DNA of 64,000 nucleotides from a bacterium. GTDB taxonomy: Bacteria; Myxococcota_A; UBA9042. Below, one piece after another: positions 9,345-17,308 of this stretch. The notes under the pieces were generated by a model that saw only the letters and a list, made by a program, of their open reading frames with translations, was not told where the DNA came from and did no database searches. A program made the position numbers and the translations under genes. The stretch is from contig JAUIAC010000002.1 in assembly GCA_030425545.1 (NCBI GenBank), positions 2,778 to 66,777 on the forward strand, given 5' to 3'. How positions within the stretch are numbered: position 1 is the stretch's first letter; every line of letters begins with the position of its first letter.

Positions 9345-10343
9345 ATGCCCGCGTCCGTGTCCGCCTCCCCGAACGAGACTCCGCCGGCGGCGGGCGCCCC
9401 TGCCGACCGGGTGCCGGCCACGCAGCCCCGGCACACTGGCGCCACGGGGGGCTGGTTCAGCCTGTGGCGGGTGGCCACGGCGCTCGCCCTGGCCGCGCTC
9501 GCCGCGGACGCCGTGCACGCTGGCGGCGCGACCTGGGTCGTGGCCGTGTGGGTGGGGCTCGCGGTGGCCTTTGGGCTCGGCTGGACCGCCCGTCAGGTGA
9601 CCGTGAGCCTGGCGCTGGCGATCCTCTTCGAGACCGACGTCACGGCCTTGGCCGACGGTCACGCCTGGTTCCTGGGGCTGCTGACGGTGGTCAACACTGT
9701 CCCGCCGGCGCCCTACGGCAGCTGGAGCGCACGGGGGCGCATGGACCCGGGCGAGGGCTGGCGGCTCCCGGTGTGGCGCCACCGCGCGGCGGGCGCGCTC
9801 GCCGTGCTGTGGTGGGCCTTCGTGGTCTGGTGGGCGCTGGCGGCGACGGCACCCGATCCGCTCTCGTGGAGCTTCTACGCTGCGGGCCTGCTCACCCACT
9901 GGCTGGCGCTTCAACCGGGCTGGATCGACGCCACGGGCCCCGCCGTCAAGCTCGTGGGCTACGACGGTCACTGCGGCCTGTGCCACCGCGCCGTGCGCTT
10001 TCTGCTGGCGGAAGACCCGGCCGGCGCGCTGCGCTTCGCACCTCTGCAGGGCCCGAGCTTCGCCGACGCCGTGCCGGAGGCCACCCGCAGCGCGCTGCCC
10101 GACAGCGTGGTGGTCGTCACGGAGGCGGGCGACGTGGTGTGGAAGGCGGCGGCCGCCAAGCTCCTGCTGGTCCGGCTCGGCGGCGGCTGGCGTGTGATGG
10201 GGCACACGCTGTCGCTCGTCCCCACGCCGCTGTTGGACCTGGCCTACGACGCGGTGGCGGCCGTGCGGCACCGGATCTTCGCCCGGCCGCCCGCTGCCTG
10301 CCCGCTGCTGCCACCGGAGCTGCGCACGCGCTTTCTGCCCTGA
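9345..10343 (+). CDS. Membrane protein with a C-terminal DCC-family (DUF393) thiol-disulfide oxidoreductase domain.
   Basis: The motif GYDGHCGLCHRAVRFL is the DUF393 Cys-x2-Cys signature. Four to five hydrophobic helices precede it. ORF 9114..10343 is trimmed to the ATG at 9345, which avoids overlap with the 8926..9210 ORF. The start is uncertain. Confidence 0.65.
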   Translation: MPASVSASPNETPPAAGAPADRVPATQPRHTGATGGWFSLWRVATALALAALAADAVHAGGATWVVAVWVGLAVAFGLGWTARQVTVSLALAILFETDVTALADGHAWFLGLLTVVNTVPPAPYGSWSARGRMDPGEGWRLPVWRHRAAGALAVLWWAFVVWWALAATAPDPLSWSFYAAGLLTHWLALQPGWIDATGPAVKLVGYDGHCGLCHRAVRFLLAEDPAGALRFAPLQGPSFADAVPEATRSALPDSVVVVTEAGDVVWKAAAAKLLLVRLGGGWRVMGHTLSLVPTPLLDLAYDAVAAVRHRIFARPPAACPLLPPELRTRFLP

Positions 10344-10398
10344 GCGACGAAGGCTCAGCCGCAGGCTCCTCGTCCACAGCGTCGCGGCCGGAGTACGC

Positions 10399-11889
10399 TC
10401 ACGCCTTGGCGCGCAGATCCACCGGCTCGAAGGCCCCGGAGGGCGCCCGTGGGGCGAAGGGACGCGGCGCGTCTCCGCCTGGCGGCCACTCCCACAGCTC
10501 CACCGAGCGCGCGAGATCGCTGCCGTCCACCGGAGCCCGCAGCCAGACGTAGGTCTGGGTGCCGATGCGGTGGACGCACTCGGGCTCTGCGAAGGCCGGC
10601 GACCAGAAGCCGCCATTGGCGAAGGTCAGCGGCCCCACCTGGTCCAGCCGAGGGATGTGCGTGTGCCCCATGACGCAGTTCCGCGCGCCCGTGATCTTGT
10701 GGATCAGGTCCGCGCGGCGCTCGTTGACCAGCGGGTCCTCGAACACCTGCGGCTTGACCTTGAACGAGTACATCATGAAGAGCGGGGTCAACACGGCCAG
10801 GGGCACCAAGACCCACAGCGGGCTGATGCGCCAGATCCAGTTCACGGCGCTCACCGCCTGGAAGGCCGCCCAGAGCATCAGCAGAAAAAGCACGCCGCGG
10901 TCGAGCCACAGCTCGCGGGCGACCATCAGCGGATCCGTGGCCGCGGAGGGCACGCTCAGCGCGTGCAGCTGCCGCACCGCCTTGGGCGTGACCCGAGCGC
11001 GGGCGGCGATGGCGGTCACCTTGTCTTCGACCAGCAGCGGGTCGCGCATCGGCGGGCGCAGGTAGTCGCGCAAGGTCACGAAGAGGGTGACCATGGCTCC
11101 CCAGAACCAGGTCCACAGCAGCAGCGGCTGGGTGCGCAGCATGTACTTCACGAAGAAGCGCACGTACTCCCCAAAGCTCATGATGTAGTTGGCCGTGGCG
11201 TGCGGGTTGAAGTAGCCCATGCCGTTGAGCATGTACCGGTTGGCGAGGTCGCCGAAGGGGATCTGCACCCGAGGACGCCCATGCACGCTGATGAGCGGGT
11301 CGATGGGGCTCACCGTGACGCAGTAGGGGTCGTACATGTGCCCGTGGGACACGAAGGTGTCGCCCTCGCTGAGATAGAACCACTCGCAGAAGCGAACCTG
11401 TGCTTGGAGCGCCTCGGGAAGCGCCAGCGCCTGCCGCACCAGCGACTGGACCTCGGGCCAATGCAGCTCGAGATCGTGGTTGCCGAGGACGAAGACCAGC
11501 TCGTGTCCCCGCTGCACCCAGGTCCTCAGCGCGCCGAAGAAGACGGGGTGGTCCGCTACGATGCGCTCCATCTTGTAGGCGCTCATCCACGCCTCGGAGG
11601 TCATGCCACGCTGGCGGCCGAGCCAGTTGATCTCGCCCGGGGGCTCTTCCGGCATCGCCGTGATGTTGTCGAAGTCGAAGATGTCGCCGTTGAGGACCAG
11701 CTCCATGGGCCCCTCAGCCTGGGCGTGGGTCCACGTGAGCAAGCGTTCGACGTCGGCGTCGATGAAGAACTCGCGCCGCTTGTACGCCTTCCAGTGGGGC
11801 GGCCCCGCGTCCGGCTCCTGCGCGTCCGACAGGTGCATGTCGGAGAGCACGAGCGTCTCGAGCGGAGCGCGGGAGCGGGGGTCGACCAT
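10399..11889 (-). CDS. Transmembrane metallophosphoesterase (calcineurin-like phosphoesterase).
   Basis: Motifs LSDMHL, GDIFD, GNHD, GH and GHTH are present. Hydrophobic segments lie in the second half. Confidence 0.85.
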   Translation of the reverse strand: MVDPRSRAPLETLVLSDMHLSDAQEPDAGPPHWKAYKRREFFIDADVERLLTWTHAQAEGPMELVLNGDIFDFDNITAMPEEPPGEINWLGRQRGMTSEAWMSAYKMERIVADHPVFFGALRTWVQRGHELVFVLGNHDLELHWPEVQSLVRQALALPEALQAQVRFCEWFYLSEGDTFVSHGHMYDPYCVTVSPIDPLISVHGRPRVQIPFGDLANRYMLNGMGYFNPHATANYIMSFGEYVRFFVKYMLRTQPLLLWTWFWGAMVTLFVTLRDYLRPPMRDPLLVEDKVTAIAARARVTPKAVRQLHALSVPSAATDPLMVARELWLDRGVLFLLMLWAAFQAVSAVNWIWRISPLWVLVPLAVLTPLFMMYSFKVKPQVFEDPLVNERRADLIHKITGARNCVMGHTHIPRLDQVGPLTFANGGFWSPAFAEPECVHRIGTQTYVWLRAPVDGSDLARSVELWEWPPGGDAPRPFAPRAPSGAFEPVDLRAKA

Positions 11890-12000
11890 GGGCGTTCGCG
11901 GTCCGATCGTGGGGTGGGAGCGCGCCGTTCGCGGCGCTGGGAACGCGACATGGACGCGAGGCTGAACGCCAGCGGCGGCTCCACGGAGTGTGCCAGAGCC

Positions 12001-12050
12001 GACAAAACGACACCACGCTGCGTCACCTGAAGGCGACGCAGCGTGGTGTC
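12001..12050 (-). terminator. Rho-independent terminator candidate after rpsN.
   Basis: A perfect 16 bp stem (gacaccacgctgcgtc / gacgcagcgtggtgtc) with a 10 nt loop lies at about 12009..12050. On the minus strand it is followed by a UUUUG tract. Confidence 0.5.
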
Positions 12051-12118
12051 AGAACCGATGCGCCGAGCCCGAAGGCCCTCGCGCTACGCCGTGCGGGACG
12101 ACAGGCGCCCCGCGGCGA

Positions 12119-12424
12119 TCACCAGCTGGCCTTGGTCACGCCGGGCAGCTCACCACGGAGGGCGAGCTCGCGCAGGGCGATGCGGCTGAGGCCGAACTTG
12201 CGGTAGTAGCCGCGCGGACGCCCAGTGAGCACGCAGCGGTTGCGCACGCGGCCGGGGTTGCTGTTGCGCGGAAGCTTCGCAAGGGCGCTCATCGCCAGCT
12301 GCTTGTCGGCGAAGGGGACCTTGGGGTCACGGATAATCGCCTTCAGCTTGGCGCGCTTCTCAGCGTACTTGGCGACCAGCGCCTTGCGCTGCTCGTTCTT
12401 GGCGATTTTGCTCGTCTTGGCCAT
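12119..12424 (-). CDS. rpsN: 30S ribosomal protein S14, long non-zinc form (101 aa).
   Basis: Sequence [30 protein letters not shown]...[41 protein letters not shown]. It has a single Cys and no CxxC...CxxC zinc ribbon. Confidence 0.95.
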   Translation of the reverse strand: MAKTSKIAKNEQRKALVAKYAEKRAKLKAIIRDPKVPFADKQLAMSALAKLPRNSNPGRVRNRCVLTGRPRGYYRKFGLSRIALRELALRGELPGVTKASW

Positions 12425-12446
12425 GTCTGGGATCTCCTGGGGTGGC

Positions 12447-12686
12447 TTACGCGCCCCACTTGCGCTTGAAGCGGTCGATGCGGCCCTCGGTGTCCACGAG
12501 GCGCTGGCGTCCGGTAAAGAAGGGGTGGGAAGCGGACGAGATGTCGAGGCGGATCACGAAGTGATCCACGCCGTCGATGTCACGGGTCTCGCCGCTCTTC
12601 ATGGTCGACCGCGACTGCCACTCCTTGCCAGTGGACGAGTCGTGGAAGAGGACCGGGTGGTAGTCAGGATGGATTTCCGGCTTCAC
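12447..12686 (-). CDS. rpmE: 50S ribosomal protein L31 type B (non-zinc; YkgM/RpmE2-like).
   Basis: Sequence [20 protein letters not shown]...[27 protein letters not shown]. No Cys residues are present, whereas type A has CxxC...CxxC. An AGGAG Shine-Dalgarno sits in the 22 nt spacer before rpsN. Confidence 0.93.
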   Translation of the reverse strand: MKPEIHPDYHPVLFHDSSTGKEWQSRSTMKSGETRDIDGVDHFVIRLDISSASHPFFTGRQRLVDTEGRIDRFKRKWGA

Positions 12687-12972
12687 GGTGCGCTCTCATG
12701 AACCCGAGGTTGCCCTCGGCTGGTGCGTCGCCTTGCGGCGAGGCGGGTTTCATTCCCCGCGCTTGGCTCTTGAAGTGTCGGAGGCGGCGGTTGCCGGCCC
12801 GATGTCCCTCGGGAGCGTGTTCAGACACCGACTGAGGCGTCCGAGCGCCAGAACCTGCGAACAGGCCCCTTGGCGGCGGGGGCGGTCAGATAGCGCATCG
12901 CCCTGGGCAATGCAAGCTGATTGTGCAGAAACCAGACGCTTTTGCGCCGAAGGAGCGCGGTCTGAGAGCAGA

Positions 12973-14649
12973 TCATGGACCCGACTCCACGCTGGGCGGA
13001 GCTCGCGGCGCGTGCGCGTCGGGGTCGCCCCGCCGCGTCCGCACCAGGGCGACCCCGCTGGCCGGGTCGCGAAAGACGCGGGGTGCGCCGGGCAGCAGCG
13101 TCCGGCCCGGACCGTCGGGGATCACCCAGGCGTCGCTGCCGGCCAAGGCGCCCGGGCCTGCGCGCGCACCGACCGGATGCAGCACACGCGCCGGGTGGCC
13201 GAGCAGCGCGAGCCCCGGCGCGGCGGCCTCCGGCAACACCGCCTGCACCAGCTGACGCAGGTCACGGGTCTGGCCCGCAGCGAGGTAGGCACGGTTGATC
13301 CCGCGGGACCGAACGACGGCGTCGTCGCCACCCTGGTGGTGCAGCCATGTGGTGCGCCAGACACCGCCGTCGCGCCAAGACCACGGGACCGCAACCAGGG
13401 CGCTCAGCGTCAGAGCGGCAGCCCACAGCCGCGCGCCGCGCGCCACGCCGGCGCTGGGCCCCGTGCGCTGCTTCGCGAGCTCTGACGCGACCGCCGCCGC
13501 GTGCACCGCGCCGATGGCGGCGAGGGTCACCACGAGCCAGAGGCCGGGATGGACAAAGCGCCACACCTTGTAGGGCACGAGCTGGTGGGGCAGCAGCACC
13601 GCCGCGGCGAGCAGGCCCAGGCTGGGCGCCCGGCGCGCGCCGACCAGCGCCAGGGGCAGCAGCAGCCACCGCAGCCCAGGGGCCGCCTCGCCGAAGTGGG
13701 CCCAGTAGCGATCTGCCGGCATGACGCCAAACGCGGTCTGCCCGGCCTGCAAGTTGTAGCGGAGGTAGGCCGCGACGCTGTGGAGCGGCGCGCCCCAGGT
13801 GACCCAGTCGACGGCGCCCCAGAGCGCCACGACGGCGACGCCACCGAGAGCGAACGCGCGCACACCCGCGCGACGCGCGTCCGCTGGCGAGCGGCGCAGC
13901 GCCAGCAAAGCCACGAGCGCCACAGCCGGCGTCAGCTGAACCCGGACGAGCGCGGTCAACGCCGCCAGCGCGCCGACGATCGCCAAGTCGCGCGGCGTGA
14001 GCCCGACGCGCTCGGCCCCACCGGGTGCCTCCGGCTGGGCGACGGGCAAGAGCAGCGGCGGCGCGGCGGTCTCGCCGTGGAGGGTCGGCGCGATCACGGG
14101 GGACTCCGGCGTCTCGCGCAGGGTCAGCACGGGGGGACCCAGCCCGACCGAGAGGCCGCGGTGCGCGAGCGCCAGCAGCAGCGCCGACGCCGGCACGTCG
14201 ATGAGGGGCTGCGCGGCCATGACCACGAACATGGGGTGGCTCGCCCCCAAGGCGAGCACCGCGACCGCGGCCCAATGGCCTGCCTCACGGCGGGCCAGCT
14301 GCACCGCCAGCGCCAGGGCGGCGAGATCGATCGCCACCACGAGGCTCCTGGCCAGGGCGACGGCGGTCGCCATGCCCACGCCGGGCCCGGACAGGTCGAG
14401 CCAGTGACACAGCGCGAAGGGCGCGGAGAGCAGGCCCGGCCAGGTCCAGCTGCGGAGGCCCTGCTTGAACTCCCAGGCCACCACCCCGTAGCCGTGCACC
14501 GCGCGGAACGCGGGCTCAAGCCCCTGGAAGAGCGCGTCTGGGTGCAGGTAGGCGTCCTCGGTCGCGACCTGCCACAGCCGCAGCGAGACCGCGGTGAGCG
14601 CCAGCGCCCAGCGGGTCACACGGCGCGCGCGTCGCGACGATGCGATCAT
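12973..14649 (-). CDS. GT-C glycosyltransferase of family 22 (Alg9/PIG-B-like mannosyltransferase), a polytopic membrane protein.
   Basis: N-terminal signature HPDALFQGLEPAFRAVHGYGVVAWEFKQGLRSW matches the GT22 motif HPDE.FQ..E...YG...TWEW..GIRS. The body is multi-transmembrane. Its start overlaps the upstream stop as ATGA. Confidence 0.72.
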   Translation of the reverse strand: MIASSRRARRVTRWALALTAVSLRLWQVATEDAYLHPDALFQGLEPAFRAVHGYGVVAWEFKQGLRSWTWPGLLSAPFALCHWLDLSGPGVGMATAVALARSLVVAIDLAALALAVQLARREAGHWAAVAVLALGASHPMFVVMAAQPLIDVPASALLLALAHRGLSVGLGPPVLTLRETPESPVIAPTLHGETAAPPLLLPVAQPEAPGGAERVGLTPRDLAIVGALAALTALVRVQLTPAVALVALLALRRSPADARRAGVRAFALGGVAVVALWGAVDWVTWGAPLHSVAAYLRYNLQAGQTAFGVMPADRYWAHFGEAAPGLRWLLLPLALVGARRAPSLGLLAAAVLLPHQLVPYKVWRFVHPGLWLVVTLAAIGAVHAAAVASELAKQRTGPSAGVARGARLWAAALTLSALVAVPWSWRDGGVWRTTWLHHQGGDDAVVRSRGINRAYLAAGQTRDLRQLVQAVLPEAAAPGLALLGHPARVLHPVGARAGPGALAGSDAWVIPDGPGRTLLPGAPRVFRDPASGVALVRTRRGDPDAHAPRAPPSVESGP

Positions 14650-16283
14650 GGTGCGGCCTCCGAGGGCCCGCCGGGCGCACGCGACAGCTGCTGAGCCAGC
14701 CGCGCCTCCGCCAGCGCCCCTTCACGGCGCAGCCAGCTCACCAGCGCGGGCCAGACCTGGTCGGGCGTGCCCCCGAGGTCGACCAGCTCGGGGAGTCGGC
14801 GCAAGCGCGCGGGCAGCGGGGTCGTGCGTTCGGCAGCCAGGGCTGGCGGGTCGAAGGGCCCGGGCCAGGCCTTGTGGCCGGCGATGGCCACGGCGTAGTG
14901 CCACAGGGCCTCGTCGGCCCGGCCGGCGCGCCGCCACGCGCGGGCCAGATGGAGGCGGTTGTGGACCGCCGCCGGGCAGCGCTCGGCGGACGAGCGGTAG
15001 AGGGAGAGCGGGGTCCGCCAGTCGTAGCTGCGCTCCGCCGAGCGCGCCGCGAAGAGCAGCGCGAGCACGGCGAGGGCGGCGGTCATCCGTCGCTGCGCCG
15101 AGGCGGGCAGGCGCCGTGAGAGGCGCTCCACGTCGTGGGCCAGGGCGCCCGCCAGGAAGAGCGACGGCCACAAGAAGATGCGCTCGGCCAGGGTCACAGA
15201 GAGGTCGACCACCCACTGCCCCACCAAGAGGTAGCTCAGCGCGAAGGCGACCCAGAGCCCCGGGGCCCTGCCCTGCCACGTGCGCCACGCGTCCCACCCG
15301 CAGCGCGCCACCACCACCAGGGCCGCCCACGCCCGCCAGCTGCCCAGCACGAAGGGGGACGTCGGTGGCGTCACGTCCGCGTAGGTGTGGTCGGCGCACA
15401 GGCGGAGCGGCACCAGCGCGAGCTCGCCGTAGGTGCCCAGCAGCCCCAGGTTGGCCCACCACCGGGCCGGCCCGCTCAGGCCGACGACGACGTTGTCGGC
15501 GCCGACAAACCCAGGCGGCAGCCCCACCGGGAGCGCCGCCTGGCGGGCCGCGATGTACACCAACCCCGCCACGGCCAAGGCGCCCGGCCCCAGGAGATCG
15601 CGCCGATGGACGGCCCCCGTGCGACGCCAACGGACCGCGAGTAGCCAGGCGGAGAGGGCAGGCAACAGCGCCACAGTCTCCTTGCTCAACAAGGCGAGCA
15701 CGTAGGCCAGCGCCCCAGCCGTCGCGAGCGCGGCGTGACGACCCAGTGAGCGCGCTCGCTGGGCGGCCAGCGTCAGCGCCACCAGCGCCAGGGCCGCCGC
15801 CAGGACGTCAGCCCGGCCGACGACGCTGGCGACGTTCTCCACGTGCACGGGCCACACGGCAAAGAGCAACGCGCCTCCCAGCGACGCGGGGCGGGAGAGC
15901 CGGGCGCCCGTCGGAGCCTGCAACCAGCGCCACAGGCCGAGGGTGAGCGACACGAAGAGCAGCAGGTTGACCAGGTGGTGCAAGAGCGGGCCGGCGCTGA
16001 GCCGATGGACCACCGCGAAGGTGAGCGAGGTCACGGGCCGGTACGAGCTCGACCAGCCGGTGCCCAGCGGCCGGCCCCAGTATTCACGGGTGAAGACCTC
16101 GAGCAGATGGGCGGCGCCGGTGACCGCGGGGTGGCCCAGCACGGCGGCGTCGTCGTCGAAGCTGTAGGCGCTGAATACACCGACACCGTGGCTGAGCACG
16201 CAGGCCACCACGATGAGCGCAGCGGGGACCCAGCGAGCGCGAGGCCCGCGCTCCCGAACGTGGGGGCGCGACGATTCGGTCAC
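14646..16283 (-). CDS. TMTC/DUF1736-like GT-C glycosyltransferase (protein O-mannosyltransferase-like) with a C-terminal TPR-like region.
   Basis: Motif YSFDDDAAVLGHP resembles the F(V/S)FDD catalytic motif of TMTC/PMT-like enzymes. About 10 transmembrane helices precede it. The tail is TPR-like (LARAWRRAGRADEALWHYAVAIAG). GTG start at 16283..16281. Confidence 0.6.
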   Translation of the reverse strand: MTESSRPHVRERGPRARWVPAALIVVACVLSHGVGVFSAYSFDDDAAVLGHPAVTGAAHLLEVFTREYWGRPLGTGWSSSYRPVTSLTFAVVHRLSAGPLLHHLVNLLLFVSLTLGLWRWLQAPTGARLSRPASLGGALLFAVWPVHVENVASVVGRADVLAAALALVALTLAAQRARSLGRHAALATAGALAYVLALLSKETVALLPALSAWLLAVRWRRTGAVHRRDLLGPGALAVAGLVYIAARQAALPVGLPPGFVGADNVVVGLSGPARWWANLGLLGTYGELALVPLRLCADHTYADVTPPTSPFVLGSWRAWAALVVVARCGWDAWRTWQGRAPGLWVAFALSYLLVGQWVVDLSVTLAERIFLWPSLFLAGALAHDVERLSRRLPASAQRRMTAALAVLALLFAARSAERSYDWRTPLSLYRSSAERCPAAVHNRLHLARAWRRAGRADEALWHYAVAIAGHKAWPGPFDPPALAAERTTPLPARLRRLPELVDLGGTPDQVWPALVSWLRREGALAEARLAQQLSRAPGGPSEAAP

Positions 16284-16285
16284 GC

Positions 16286-17074
16286 TCAGCTCGTCAGGCG
16301 AGCGTCCCGCGTGACGTGCAACGCCTCGACACGGAACAGCGCGCTGGGGCCGCGGCTGACGACGAAGCGCGCGATGCGGCTGCGCACGGCCGGGTCCATG
16401 CCGACAAATCGAACGCCGATGCCCGGCACCTGCATCGGCGCCCCACCCGGCGCGTCCGTGTCGTCGGCGGGCGCCACGCGACGGACGACCTCTCCGACGA
16501 CCACGACCGGCGAGTCGTCGGGCGGTAGGGGAAAGCGCAGGGAGACGTGAGCGCCCAGCGCCGGCGCGTCGGACAGCCGCACGAAGACACCGCCCATGCT
16601 GACGTTGAAGATCTCGCCCGCCCAGGTGCCGCCGTCCTCGGTCTCCACCAGCGCCCCTGCGGTCAGGAGCACGCGCGGGCTGGCACGATCGTCCCGTTCG
16701 GCGGGGAAGAGCGCGGCGTTGACCTCGTAGAGCAGCATCTCGAGCGGAGAGTCGGGGCCTGGGGTGAAGACGCGCAGGGGGACGTCCACCGGCGGCGTGA
16801 CATCGCGCCCGTGCGGGGCGACGACCACCACCGGCACGGGGCGCGTCGGAGCGGCCGCTCGCACGACGCGGGTCACATGCTCGAGGCGGTCCTCGCCGAA
16901 CCCGGCGTCCACCAGCACGAGGTCGATCTCACCGGGCTGGGCTCGCAGCACGGCGGAGACGTCTTCAGGGTCGGTCGACACGACCACGGGGAAGTGGGGC
17001 CGGAGCAAGCTCACAACGTCGGTGCGCGTCCCGTCGGGCGGCAAGAGCAAGAGCAAGCGGCGAACGCGGCGCAT
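16286..17074 (-). CDS. Response-regulator receiver-like domain fused to a PilZ domain.
   Basis: The REC-like N-terminus carries LLLLPPDG...IDLVLVDAGFG. PilZ-like C-terminal region RVLLTAGALVETEDGGTWAGEIFNVSMGGVFVRL. Stop lies 2 nt from the downstream GTG start. The ORF could extend to 17179. Confidence 0.6.
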   Translation of the reverse strand: MRRVRRLLLLLPPDGTRTDVVSLLRPHFPVVVSTDPEDVSAVLRAQPGEIDLVLVDAGFGEDRLEHVTRVVRAAAPTRPVPVVVVAPHGRDVTPPVDVPLRVFTPGPDSPLEMLLYEVNAALFPAERDDRASPRVLLTAGALVETEDGGTWAGEIFNVSMGGVFVRLSDAPALGAHVSLRFPLPPDDSPVVVVGEVVRRVAPADDTDAPGGAPMQVPGIGVRFVGMDPAVRSRIARFVVSRGPSALFRVEALHVTRDARLTS

Positions 17075-17308
17075 GAGAGCCTCGACGGGGCGGGAGCCGG
17101 GGAGTGCGAAACAGGTGGGAGCGAGGCAGCGCCGAGGGAGCGCTCGCGGACGAAGTGCGGCGCTGGTCGTGGGGGACACGCCCAGCCGCGCCTAGAGTAG
17201 CCGGGCGCGTGCCAGAGGGACAGCGGCAAGGGCCAATGGGCCTTCGGACGGGCGACCGCGGAGGGCGCGGGGGGCTCCGGCGACATTGAGGGGCGAGGGG
17301 GCGGAGCC

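Noticed and set aside
12119-12424. Considered calling S14 the zinc-ribbon (type Z) form.
   Set aside because: The protein is 101 aa with a single Cys and no CxxC pairs, so it is the long non-zinc form.
12687-12972. Looked for a Zur box upstream of rpmE. The only AT-richer partially palindromic stretch is gcaatgcaagctgattgtgc near 12905..12925.
   Set aside because: The palindrome is imperfect, it lies more than 200 bp upstream and I do not know the Myxococcota Zur consensus. It is left as a hypothesis inside the finding rather than annotated as a feature.
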